A stretch of 60,939 nt of DNA, filler included, from Nemertoderma westbladi (Eukaryota; Animalia; Xenacoelomorpha): assembly GCA_032718475.1 (NCBI GenBank). It is 3 parts of 3 records of this genome, joined end to end, with 100 filler letters (N's around TTAATTAATTAA, not from the genome) between each part and the next. Parts side by side here need not be neighbours in the genome. Positions count along the whole stretch, not along the records: positions 1 to 21,663 come from JAUCBJ010003665.1; positions 21,764 to 51,138 come from JAUCBJ010005465.1; 1 more part is not named here. One strand, written 5' to 3'. The notes under the pieces were generated by a model, which was given only the letters and a program-made list of their open reading frames with translations, did no database searches and was not told where the DNA came from. The stretch's first letter is position 1, and each line of letters starts with the position of its first letter. Of this stretch, positions 11,326-24,471 are shown in pieces. The position numbers and the translations under genes are program-made.

Positions 11326-14300
11326 CTTGGTTTGTATGAGATCCAGTAAGGTAAACACACTCACCTTGGTTTGTATTAGATCCAGTAAGGTTGAGACACA
11401 CTTACCTTGGTTTGTATTAGATCCATTAAGGTTGAGACACACTTACCTTGGTTTGTATGAGATCCAGTAAGGTTGAGACACACTTACCTTGGTTTGTATG
11501 AGATCCAGTAAGGTTGAGACACACTTACCTTGGTTTGTATTAGATCCATTAAGGTTGAGACACACTTACCTTGGTTTGTATGAGATCCAGTAAGGTTGAG
11601 ACACACTTACCTTGGTTTGTAATAGATCCAGTAAGGTTGAGACACACTTACCTTGGTTTGTATTAGATACAGTAAGGTTGAGACACACTTACCTTGGTTT
11701 GAATTAGATACAGTAAGGTTGAGACACACTTACCTTGGTTTGTATTAGATCCAGTAAGGTTGAGAGACACTTACCTTGGTTTGTATTAGATCCAGTAAGG
11801 TTGAGACACACTTACCTTGGTTTGTATTAGATCCAGTAAGGTTGAGACACACACTTACCTTGGTTTGTAATAAATCCAGTAAGGTTGAGAAACACTTACC
11901 TTGGTTTGTATTAGATCCAGTAAAGTTGAGACACACTTACCTTGGTTTGTATTAGATCCAGTAAAGTTGAGACACACTTACCTTGGTTTGTATTAGATCC
12001 AGTAAGGTTGAGAAACACTTACCTTGGTTTGTATTAGATCCAGTAAAGTTGAGACACACTTACCTTGGTTTGTATTAGATCCAGTAAGGTTGAGAAACAC
12101 TTACCTTGGTTTGTATTAGATCCAGTAAAGTTGAGACACACTTACCTTGGTTTGTATTAGATCCAGTAAAGTTGAGACACACTTACCTTGGTTTGTATTA
12201 GATCCAGTAAAGTTGAGAAACACTTACCTTGGTTTGTATTAGATCCAGTAAAGTTGAGACACACTTACCTTGGTTTGTATTAGATCCAGTAAGGTTGAGA
12301 AACACTTACCTTGGTTTGTAATAAATCCAGTAAGGTTGAGACACACTTACCTTGGTTTGTATGAGATCCAGTAAAGTTGAGACACACTTACCTTGGTTTG
12401 TATTAGATCCAGTAAGGTTGAGACACACTTACCTTGGTTTGTATTAGATACAGTAAGGTTGAGACACACTTACCTTGGTTTGTATTAGATCCAGTAAGGT
12501 TGAGAGACACTTACCTTGGTTTGTATGAGATCCAGTAAGGTTGAGACACACTTACCTTGGTTTGTATTAGATCCAGTAAGGTTGAGAGACACTTACCTTG
12601 GTTTGTATGAGATCCAGTAAGGTTGAGAGACACTTACCTTGGTTTGTATTAGATCCAGTAAGGTTGAGAAACACTTACCTTGGTTTGTAATAAATCCAGT
12701 AAGGTTGAGAAACACTTACCTTGGTTTGTATTAGATCCAGTAAGGTTGAGACACACTTACCTTGGTTTGTATTAGATCCAGTAAGGTTGAGAGACACTTA
12801 CCTTGGTTTGTATGAGATCCAGTAAGGTTGAGAGACACTTACCTTGGTTTGTATTAGATCCAGTAAGGTTGAGAAACACTTACCTTGGTTTGTAATAAAT
12901 CCAGTAAGGTTGAGACACACTTACCTTGGTTTGTATGAGATCCAGTAAGGTTGAGACACACTTACCTTGGTTTGTATTAGATCCAGTAAGGTTGAGACAC
13001 ACTTACCTTGGTTTGTATTAGATCCATTAAGATTGAGACACACTTACCTTGGTTTGTATTAGATCCAGTAAGGTTGAGACACACTTACCTTGGTTTGTAT
13101 GAGATCCAGTAAGGTTGAGACACACTTACCTTGGTTTGTATGAGATCCAGTAAGGTTGAGACACACTTACCTTGGTTTGTATGAGATCCAGTAGGGTTGA
13201 GACACACTTACCTTCGTTTGCATGAGATCCAGTAAGGTTGAGACACACTTACCTTGGTTTGTATTAGATCCGGTAAGGTTGAGAGACACTTACCTTGGTT
13301 TGTATTAGATCCAGTAAGGTTGAGAAACACTTACCTTGGTTTGTAATAAATCCAGTAAGGTTGAGACACACTTACCTTGGTTTGTATGAGATCCAGTAAA
13401 GTTGAGACACACTTACCTTGGTTTGTATTAGATCCAGTAAGGTTGAGACACACTTACCTTGGTTTGTATTAGATCCTGTAAGGTTGAGACACACTTACCT
13501 TGGTTTGTAATAAATCCAGTAAGGTTGAGACACACTTACCTTGGTTTGTATGAGATCCAGTAAAGTTGAGACACACTTACCTTGGTTTGTATTAGATCCA
13601 GTAAGGTTGAGACACACTTACCTTGGTTTGTATTAGATACAGTAAGGTTGAGACACACTTACCTTGGTTTGTATTAGATCCAGTAAGGTTGAGAGACACT
13701 TACCTTGGTTTGTATGAGATCCAGTAAGGTTGAGAGACACTTACCTTGGTTTGTATTAGATCCAGTAAGGTTGAGAAACACTTACCTTGGTTTGTAATAA
13801 ATCCACTAAGGTTGAGAAACACTTACCTTGGTTTGTATTAGATCCAGTAAGGTTGAGAGACACTTACCTTGGTTTGTATGAGATCCAGTAAGGTTGAGAC
13901 ACACTTACCTTGGTTTGTATTAGATCCAGTAAGGTTGAGACACACTTACCTTGGTTTGTATTAGATCCATTAAGGTTGAGACACACTTACCTTGGTTTGT
14001 ATTAGATCCAGTAAGGTTGAGAAACACTTACCTTGGTTTGTAATAAATCCAGTAAGGTTGAGACACACTTACCTTGGTTTGTATGAGATCCAGTAAAGTT
14101 GAGACACACTTACCTTGGTTTGTATTAGATCCAGTAAGGTTGAGACACACTTACCTTGGTTTGTATTAGATCCAGTAAGGTTGAGACACACTTACCTTGG
14201 TTTGTATTAGATCCAGTAAGGTTGAGACACACTTACCTTGGTTTGTATTAGATACAGTAAGGTTGAGACATACTTACCTTGGTTTGTATGAGATCCAGTA

Positions 14301-17300
14301 AGGTTGAGACACACTTACCTTGGTTTGTATTAGATCCAATAAGGTAGAAACACACTTACCTTGTTTTGTATTAGATACAGTAAGGTTGAGACACACTTAC
14401 CTTGGTTTTGTATTAGATCCAGTAAGGTTGAGACACACTTACCTTGGTTTGTATTAGATCCATTAAGGTTGAGACACACTTACCTTGGTTTGTATTAGAT
14501 ACAGTAAGGTTGAGACACACTTACCTTGGTTTGTATTAGATACAGTAAGGTTGAGACACACTTACCTTGGTTTGTATTAGATCCAGTAAGGTTGAGAGAC
14601 ACTTACCTTGGTTTGTATTAGATCCAGTAAGGTTGAGACACACTTACCTTGGTTTGTATGAGATCCAGTAAGGTTGAGACACACTTACCTTGGTTTGTAT
14701 GAGATCCAGTAAGGTTGAGACACACTTACCTTGGTTTGTATTAGATCCAGTAAGGTTGAGAAACACTTACCTTGGTTTTGTATTAGATCCAGTAAGGTTG
14801 AGACACACTTACCTTGGTTTGCATGAGATCCAGTAAGGTTGAGACACACTTACCTTGGTTTGTATGAGATCCAGTACGGTTGAGACACACTTACCTTGGT
14901 TTGTATTAGATACAGTAAGGTTGAGACATACTTACCTTGGTTTGTATGAGATCCAGTAAGGTTGAGACACACTTACCTTGGTTTGTATCAGATACAGTAA
15001 GGTTGAGACACACTTACCTTGGTTTGTATTAGATCCTGTAAGGTTGAGACACACTTACCTTGGTTTGTATTAGATCCAGAAAGGTTGAGACACACTTACC
15101 TTGGTTTGTATTAGATCCAGCAAGGTTGAGAGACACATACCTTGGTTTGTATTAGATCCAGTAAGGTTGAGACACACTTACCTTGGTTTGTATTAGATCC
15201 AGCAAGGTTGAGACACACTAACCTTGCTTTGTATTAGATCCAGTAAGGTTGAGACATACTTACCTTGGTTTGTATTAGATCCAGCAAGGTTGAGACACAC
15301 TTACCTTGGTTAGTATTAGATCCAGCAAGTTTGAGAAACACTTACCTTGGTTTGTATTAGATCCAGTAAGGTTGAGACACACTTACCTTGGTTTGTATTA
15401 GATCCAGTAAGGTTGAGACACACTTACCTTGGTTTGTATTAAATCCAGTAAGGTTGAGACACAATTACCTTGGTTTTGTATTAGATCCAGTAATGTTGAG
15501 ACACACTTATCTTGGTTTGTATTAGATACAGTAAGGTTGAGACACACTTACCTTGGTTTGTATTAGATCCAGTAAGGTTGAGACACACTTACCTTGGTTT
15601 GTATTAGATCCAGTAAGGTTGAGACACACTTATCTTGGTTTGTATTAGATACAGTAAGGTTGAGACACACTTACCTTGGTTTGTATTAGATCCAGTAAGG
15701 TTGAGACACACTTACCTTGGTTTGTATTAGATCCAATAAGGTAGAAACACACTTACCTTGTTTTGTATTAGATACAGTAAGGTTGAGACACACTTACCTT
15801 GGTTTTGTATTAGATCCAGTAAGGTTGAGACACACTTACCTTGGTTTGTATTAGATCCTGTAAGGTTGAGAAACACTTACCTTGGTTTGTATTAGATACA
15901 GTAAGGTTGAGACACACTTACCTTGGTTTGTATTAGATCCAGCAAGGTTGAGACACACTTACCTTGGTTTGTATTAGATCCATTAAGGTTGAGACACACT
16001 TACCTTGGTTTGTATTAGATCCAGTAAGGTTGAGACACACTTACCTTGGTTTGTATGAGATCCAGTAAGGTTGAGACACACTTACCTTGGTTTGTATGAG
16101 ATCCAGTAAGGTTGAGACACACTTACCTTGGTTTGTATGAGATCCAGTAGGGTTGAGACACACTTACCTTGGTTTTGTATTAGATCCAGTAAGGTTGAGA
16201 CACACTTACCTTGGTTTGCATGAGATCCAGTAAGGTTGAGACACACTTACCTTGGTTTGTATTAGATCCAGTAAGGTTGAGACACACTTACCTTGGTTTG
16301 TATTAGATCCAGTAAGGTAGACATTAACCTTGGTTTGTATTAGATCCAGAAAGGTTGAGACACACTTACCTTGGTTTGTATTAGATCCAGCAAGGTTGAG
16401 AGACACTTACCTTGGTTTGTATTAGATCCAGTAAGGTTGAGACACACTTACCTTGGTTTGTATTAGATCCAGCAAGGTTGAGACACACTAACCTTGCTTT
16501 GTATTAGATCCATTAAGGTTGAGATACACTTACCTTGGTTTGTATTAGATCCAGCAAGGTTGAGACACACTTACCTTGGTTTGTATTAGATCCAGCAAGT
16601 TTGAGAGACACTTACCTTGATTTGTATTAGATCCAGCAAGTTTGAGAGACACTTACCTTGATTTGTATTAGATCCAGTAAGGTTGAGACACACTTACCTT
16701 GGTTTGTATTAGATCCAGTAAGGTTGAGACACACTTACCTTGGTTTGTATTAAATCCAGTAAGGTTGAGACACAATTACCTTGGTTTTGTATTAGATCCA
16801 GTAATGTTGAGACATAGTTACCTTGGTTTGTATTAGATACAGTAAGGTTGAGACACACTTACCTTGGTTTGTATTAGATTCAGTAAGGTTGAGACACACT
16901 TACCTTGGTTTGTATTAGATCCAGTAAGGTAGAAACACACTTACCTTGTTTTGTATTAGATACAGTAAGGTTGAGACACACTTACCTTGGTTTGTATTAG
17001 ATCCATTAAGATTGAGACACACTTACCTTGGTTTGTATTAGATCCAGTAAGGTTGAGACACACTTACCTTGGTTTGTATGAGATCCAGTAAGGTTGAGAC
17101 ACACTTACCTTGGTTTGTATGAGATCCAGTAAGGTTGAGACACACTTACCTTGGTTTGTATGAGATCCAGTAGGGTTGAGACACACTTACCTTGGTTTTG
17201 TATTAGATCCAGTAAGGTTGAGACACACTTACCTTCGTTTGCATGAGATCCAGTAAGGTTGAGACACACTTACCTTGGTTTGTATTAGATCCAGTAAGGT

Positions 17301-18624
17301 TGAGACACACTTACCTTGGTTTGTATTAGATCCAGTAAGGTTGAGACACACACTTACCTTGGTTTGTATTAGATCCAGTAAGGTTGAGACACACTTACCT
17401 TGGTTTGTATGAGATCCAGTAAGGTAGACACTTACCTTGGTTTGTATTAGATCCAGAAAGGTTGAGACACACTTACCTTGGTTTGTATTAGATCCATTAA
17501 GGTTGAGACACACTTACCTTGGTTTGTATTAGATCCAGTAAGGTTGAGACACACTTACCTTGGTTTGTATTAGATCCAGTAAGGTTGAGACACACACTTA
17601 CCTTGGTTTGTATTAGATCCATTAAGGTTGAGACACACTTACCTTGGTTTGTATTAGATCCAGTAAGGTTGAGACACACTTACTTTGGTTTGTATTAGAT
17701 CCAGTAAGGTTGAGACACAATTACCTTGGTTTGTATTAGAACCAGTAAGGTTGAGACACACTTACCTTGGTTTGTATTAGATCCATTAAGGTTGAGACAC
17801 ACTTACCTTGGTTTGTATTAGATCCAGTAAGGTTGAGACACACTTACCTTGGTTTGTATTAGATCCAGTAAGGTTGAGACACACACTTACCTTGGTTTGT
17901 ATTAGATCCAGTAAGGTTGAGACACACTTACCTTGGTTTGTATTAGATCCAGTAAGGTTGAGACACACTTACCTTGGTTTGTATTAGATCCAGTAAGGTT
18001 GAGACACACTTACCTTGGTTTGTATTAGATCCAGTAAGGTTAAGACACACTTACCTTGGTTTGTATTAGATCCAGTAAGGTTGAGACACACTTACCTTGG
18101 TCTGTATGAGATCCAGTAAGGTTGAGACATACTTACCTTGGTTTGTATGAGATCCAGTAAGGTTGAGACACACTTACCTTGGTTTGTATTAGATCCAGTA
18201 AGGTTGAGACACACTTACCTTGGTTTGTATTAGATCCAGTAAGGTTGAGACACACTTACCTTGGTTTGTATTAAATCCAGTAAGGTTGAGACACACTTAC
18301 CTTGGTTTGTATGAGATCCAGTAAGGTTGAGACACACTTACCTTGGTTTGTATTAGATACAGTAAGGTTGAGACACACTTACCTTGGTTTGTATTAGATC
18401 CAGTAAGGTTGAGACACACTTACCTTGGTTTGTATTAGATCCAGTAAGGTAGACACACTTACCTTGGTTTGTATTAGATCCAGTAAGGTTGAGACACACT
18501 TACTTTGGTTTGTATTAGATCCAGTAAGGTTGAGACACACTTACCTTGGTTTGTATTAGATCCAGTAAGGTTGAGACACACTTACCTTGGTTTGTATGAG
18601 ATCCAGTAAGGTAGACACACACTT
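11326..18624 (-). repeat. 41-bp tandem array (about 178 copies) of the beta-adaptin exon-1 3' end plus 5' splice site
   Basis: Minus-strand unit is GTAAGTGTGTCTCAACCTTACTGGATCTAATACAAACCAAG. It contains the codons for (C)[11 protein letters not shown] and AAG|GTAAGT. Confidence 0.97.
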
Positions 18625-19794
18625 CTCAGCCGACTGTTCCACCTTTATCGCACACCGTCCGATCGCGCGAACCGACTTCCTAACGAAGTCGACATCCACC
18701 TCAGTAGCGTACTCCTTGAGTTCGGCCAACACCTGCGTGATGTTCGACTGGTTCGCCAACCTAATCATAATATCCAACTTCTCAAGCTTCACGTAGATGG
18801 GGTCGTTGTACTTCACGAAGAAAACCTTCATCTCCTGTTTGAGAATCTCCGGTCGTTTCTGCACGATTAGGTTGATATTCCGTAACGCGATATACTGTAT
18901 CTCCGGCTCGCCGCTCAACAGGGTCACCAACGGCGGGGCCAACTTCTTTATTAAACCCTGGAAGAAGTCAGTAGAGGAATCCATGACCTCCATGAACTTC
19001 ATGATTCCTTTAACCGCTGAGAGAACCACCGCGGAATTAGTGTGACACAACCGAGGAAGGATTCTCTCGCAGATACTCTGGGCGTCTCGGTCGTCTTTGG
19101 GGTTGTAAGTGGCGAGGGAATCCAAGATAAACACCTGCCCCCATTCGGTGCACTCGTTCAACGCGGTAATCAACTTATTAACTGTCTGGGAATTGTTGAT
19201 TTGATGGAGATCTTGATTGGGAGATGCGTCGTTTATCTCGGACAAGGCGGCCACAGCGTTGGCTACCACCATAGGGTTGGAGTCGGTCAGCATATCCTTG
19301 AGTTGATCTAGGAAGCCTTGATCCTCTACTAATTGGTTGTTAATATCGTAGAGTTTAGCAACGCTAACAGCAGCTGTCTTCCTCACATATGGGTCCTCGT
19401 CTCTCAAGCACTTCCTCAGCGGTTCGCACAGATATTCAGTGATCTTATCTACGCGAATACAACCCATGGTTCGCACAGCCAGCGCTCTAATCAGCGGGTT
19501 CTGATCTTCGCAATCCTTTACAAAGGTATTCACAGCCATAATGGCCATATCGGGTTGCGATTTCGCGTAGCTCATAAGATACAGATAAACGAGTTTCTTT
19601 AACTCAATGTTGTCCGTTTGCATGCAGTTAACCACATCTGGAAACAGTTGAGAGACATCTTTACCTATCGTCATAGATGCGATAACCTTCTTAACTGCTT
19701 CTTTCTTTTTTTCTTTCTTATCGCTATTTAATTCGGATTTTAATTCAAATATTTCGCCTTTCTTTGTTGTTGTAAAATATTTTGAATCCGTCAT
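18586..19794 (-). CDS. AP1B1: AP-1/AP-2 complex beta subunit (beta-adaptin), exon 1 (403 codons)
   Basis: [42 protein letters not shown]...[12 protein letters not shown], donor AAG|gtaagt at 18586/18585. Joins exon 2 as QTK|VNYVV for 930 aa in total. Confidence 0.96.
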
Positions 19795-19943
19795 TGTCGA
19801 GTTTGGTACTTATAAGGCCTATTCTGTATTCCAATATTTATGCGTTATACAAATGAATACTACGTTAAGAATATCGGTACCTAGGCCTACTACTGTCTGA
19901 CTGTACTACCTACCCTACGCCTACACTCTCCAGGGAACCGTTA

Positions 19944-21101
19944 CCGTCTGACCAGGTTGGAATTTATGTGGAGTTTGCTCAACATGTGTGGCGCGCATTT
20001 AGGATCCTGGCGCGAAGGAACAGGGGCGTGTGGCGCGCATTTAGGATCCTGGCGCGAAGGAACAGGGGCGTGTGGCGCGCATTGAGGATCCTGGCGCGGA
20101 AATGGATGTCATGTACAGTAGCAAAATGCATTGGCATGGCAACATATCCATCCAGCCACTCTACCTGAAATTATATCGGTCTACCAGAAGAGTCTATTTT
20201 AAAAGGAGTTAGGCCTAGGCCTTAAAAATTTTCGCTCGCTTCGCTCGCGTTTGTGTATTATGCCTGCCTACTGTACTGCTGTACGCTCTACTCTTCAGCT
20301 CTTATTCATCATTCTAACTGTCTAATAACTATAATAGAATAGGGATATTTGATTACATACAGTCTGACAGTGATATTTTATTACAGTATTTGTTTATTAA
20401 CCTATATAAGTAGTTCCGTACCTTGAACTGTTTTGCACTCACACATTATGGACAAACCGACAGATTGCTGGATTGAGCATTGAAGGTACCGTATCAGCGT
20501 ATCCAATCCACGTTAATCATCATGGCCAATCAGGCCAAAGTTTTAATGTCTTTCAAAATATGAGTTGTTTGAAATGTTTTTCAATTATTCACACCAATAT
20601 AGCCTAAAACCACGATTCAGCAGATTTTCCGTGCTCGCTACACTCCGACTGTCCGATGTAATTCATAATCACATCTGTAGGTAAAAAATAGTCAGTTGAT
20701 CCATAAATGTTAAAATTTTCTTGCTCGCTACGCTCGCAATTTAATCACATCTGTATTTAAAAACAATCGGTTGACCTACTATCTCTGTATCTGAATATTA
20801 CAGTATTACTGTAGGCCTACGCCTATTCATGTTTACTTTTGTGCAAAATTTTCTTGCTCGCTGGGCTCGCATTTTCATGTTAAAATACAGTAGGAGTGGG
20901 TCTAACTCTATGTCTGTAGCGTAAGTACTGCAGTATAACTCTATAAACTGATAAATGATTACAATAATTGCAAAATTTAATGGTTAATCTTTCAATGGTT
21001 GGCGGTTGGCGCACATTGAATGTCATGGCTGGCGCGCCTTTCGTTTAACCAGAATCCGTGTGGCGCGCTTTTTGTCAATATTCCATATAGGCCGTCTGAC
21101 C
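19944..21101. mobile_element. Probable non-autonomous DNA transposon upstream of beta-adaptin
   Basis: 10-bp direct repeat CCGTCTGACC at both ends, TGGCGCG motifs clustered at both subtermini (including a 42-bp x3 tandem at 19985-20100), and internal CTCGCT(A/T)CGCTCGC motifs. TIRs are only weakly recognisable. Confidence 0.45.
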
Positions 21102-21663
21102 GTTATATTTTTAAATTTCTAACTGAACTACGGTATACCATATTTTGTATTTCAGTATTTCATTGACAATAATTTTTCTTTTATATTTCTATCTGCACCA
21201 TAACTTTGTTTTTAAATTACATACCGGTACTATGCAACTATGCAGCAACTAGTAAACAACCGGGTCGAACATTTTGCCGGGTCCGGTTCCCGGTCCGGGT
21301 CTGTCTCAAAAAGGCAGGGTCCGCGTCCGCGTCAAAACTTGTGATATCAAAAATAATACAAATAAAAAAAATCGAAAAAAAATGATAAATCAAAAGAAAA
21401 AAAAATTAAAAACAAAATCGAAAATGATATAAAATGTAAGAAGATACAAGATGCTACTAGCTACTACTACCTGACTACCTACCGGAACTGCTTTAGGCAA
21501 CTTTGTGTACCAGTGTACTGGTACAGTACAGTCTGACAGTGGTACCTACGTGTATAGCATAGGTATGTCAAACACAGAAACAGGCTTGTCATTCTCATTC
21601 ACACAAATTTCTTAATTTTAATAAAACCCGGTTTCTCTTTCTACCCGGCGTCTTTTTTGCCGG

Positions 21664-21763
21664 NNNNNNNNNNNNNNNNNNNNNNNNNNNNNNNNNNNNN
21701 NNNNNNNTTAATTAATTAANNNNNNNNNNNNNNNNNNNNNNNNNNNNNNNNNNNNNNNNNNNN
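21664..21763. other. Artificial contig spacer N44-TTAATTAATTAA-N44
   Basis: Exactly 100 nt with a six-frame stop linker, identical to 51139-51238. Confidence 0.95.
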
Positions 21764-24471
21764 GGGGGTTGATTGGGGTAGGCAGCGACGCCCGCTCGCC
21801 TAAATATAAACTCATTATAATATGGTTAAACTCATATATAGCAGATATGACGGAGTTGATAGAAGATGGTCTTGGTATCGGGGAGCGATATACTCTACTT
21901 TTGCAAGCGTTTGTTGATAGCTTAATACGCGGCGACGTTAGTCCAACTGCTGCGGAGGACGATGGTCGTTATATCGAACCGCCAATGTCCCAAGTGCAGC
22001 TCTCGCGAGAGTTAGACTATAGAAAATTCGCTGCTCGATATACGCAGCGTAATGGTACGTATATGGGCTTCTTAACTACTGGTCATTCTATCAATTTACA
22101 CAATACGGACTATGTCGACTATATATCCTGCCCAGCGGAGTCGGAAACATAAACTGAAATTCGAATGCGAAAATTCTATTCGAAATCGGCTCGAAAGAAA
22201 AGACATTAAAGAAACAAATAAACGCGGTAACTCCAACATATATTTGGAATTCTTGATAGAAGCATTGTAACAACAAATAAGTATCATCCGCGTTTCCCCT
22301 ACCAGACGTGCGTCTTTGGTATTATTACGGTAAATGCCCTAGACCTAGCCAATAAACGGAAAGACATAAACATCCACGGAAACGTTGTGTTAAACACAGT
22401 TGTGTTCGTTATATTTACTGGAGTTTCGAGCGAAACTTGTTTGACGTATCACCTATGCTCACTCGGCTCTAACGATCCTAGAGTAAACCTACGATCAGAG
22501 TCCCGGAATACTCGGTCAAACCTCCTCATTCCTTAGTTGGACCTCAGACCTGTGATCCTGGTGGTGTCGCGGATCCTCGCGGACGGTATTCACTGTTCAA
22601 GATCTAGTGCTACCCTAATAATTAATCGGTAACACTCCGACAGTGATTTCTAGCTAGCCGCCCATCTTACCTAGCCGGATTATGACGCAGACACCTAATA
22701 TCACTATCCAACCGTATGGTCGTCCCGTTTAACGCGATACAACCCTTCATCAAGGTGAAGGAGAGCGTTGTACGAAACGAGTTAAACGCTATTCTATAAA
22801 GATCAAAAAGAAACCTGCGTTTGTTCAGATAAACGTAAGTTACAACAGTAAGTCCAATCGATAAACAAATTGGCCTTATCTCAGTTCGATTGGGAAACCT
22901 CGAATCTCAAAGAAGATATCAAGCTTAGAAAACCCTATTCTCTGCGAGAGTTTTGGACGAACGTATCCCATGACAAGCGGAGGAAAATCAGCTCGAGGAG
23001 AAGCATATCGAAATAGACGAGACACCGACCGTAAACCCAAACCTTTTAATGCAATCATATTGCACCCTTCACCCAGGAGTTATGGCCCTCCTAGTAAAGT
23101 GGCTTCCCCCAAAGAGAAAATGACTCTTGCTAGCTTCAAGAAACTGCGTAAACGCCGTCCGCGCAAGAAAGACTAACTGTTTAGAGTATTTTTATATTTT
23201 AGAAACTGTGATTTTGTATATTTTATAGACTTAAATCCCATTTTCTGGGAGCGGTGTAAAAGCTTTTGTGGGATAACTGATTCGTTTGCCTTGTTGGCCA
23301 GTTCCCCCCCGGTCGCTAGAATACTCTAAAGGGGATCTATAGTTAAAATAGTGCAAGCTACCAACTTATTGGCTGATTTGCTGTACGCAGGTATCTGGGC
23401 TCTGTTTAATCAGCCAACCAGCCTAGGAAGGTTGCGTCATAGCCTTGTTTTTGTATCTCCCAATAGAATTTGAGTTAGCCTTGATTTTGACCTATCACAG
23501 AGCTACTGAACTGAAATTTTCCTATCTCACTGCTCTTTCTCTGTGTTGAACGGGAGCTTCGTGGAATAAGGGTAGTTGGTATCCTCGTATAGAGCAGTAG
23601 TCACGAGTTTTTCAAAGCCACGAAAGAACGGCTTTTTAGTGTTTTGTGCTTTCTGCTTTTTAGCTCAACACTAGTAGGTTTAATTATAAGGACATATATC
23701 CTTTAACTCATGGAATCACTGCAATTTCGTAATCACTGGCGGCTGTGAATATCACACGGCTTTTAATAACTGCTGCTAAAAATTACCTGCTCAATCAATA
23801 CTGTATACTGCTATTTGTTGTCGGTTATTCATTATATTTGTTGATGAATTATTATATTGGAATAACGAGAAATAACCCCGAAAACCCAATATTCTTGATA
23901 TACCGAAGGTAAGAGAGAAAGGTTATCAATAACGATTGTGACTTATGTTAAAGTGGTTTGAAGTGAATCTAATGTTATTTGATAGACCCTACATGAGTCA
24001 GTCTGTGTTCCTTTTATATGTGACTAAAATCAGTGAAGATTGGCAGATTAGTGTGCAGTATTGTGCAGCATTGTGTATGAGTGAGTCTGTTAAAGAAGCA
24101 ATTCCTAAAGAATGCGCCATATATGTGAATTATAATTAAGCCATATCGTTGTGAGTAGTTTAAGTCATAACTCTGTTTATATAGATAAAGCGCCACGTCC
24201 TAAAGGAACTGTTAATATTCCCGAAGGTGAATAATATTGTCAGAGATTATATAATACTGTCAGTCGAATAATACATTAGGCTTACATAGCAATAAAATTA
24301 AACCGTCGAACCCAATCTCCCGGGAATATCCAGCGGGTGAATGATCGCGCACAGATTGGTTTCTACTAGTGTAGTGAATCAAATACTTGTCATAGGCTAA
24401 AAAGCGATTTAATATCTAGAAGACATCTTAATTTGGCGGATTAAACTGCCAAAGGTCTGAAAGCGCGAACA
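21764..24471 (+). mobile_element. Possible 3' end of a decayed LTR retroelement abutting the satellite
   Basis: Coding-like but broken sequence ends ...KLRKRRPRKKD*. A purine tract AAAGGGGA lies at about 23328 and AATAAA at 24291. The block ends ...GAACA exactly at the array edge. No diagnostic domain was recognised. Confidence 0.25.

Noticed and set aside
11168-17968. Short ORFs containing [12 protein letters not shown] as extra adaptin exons or paralogs
   Set aside because: They are translations of the 41-bp junction satellite, cycling through frames.
21708-21719. TTAATTAATTAA palindrome within N runs (also 51183-51194)
   Set aside because: Artificial six-frame stop linker. Adjacency of genes across it is not evidence of true linkage.
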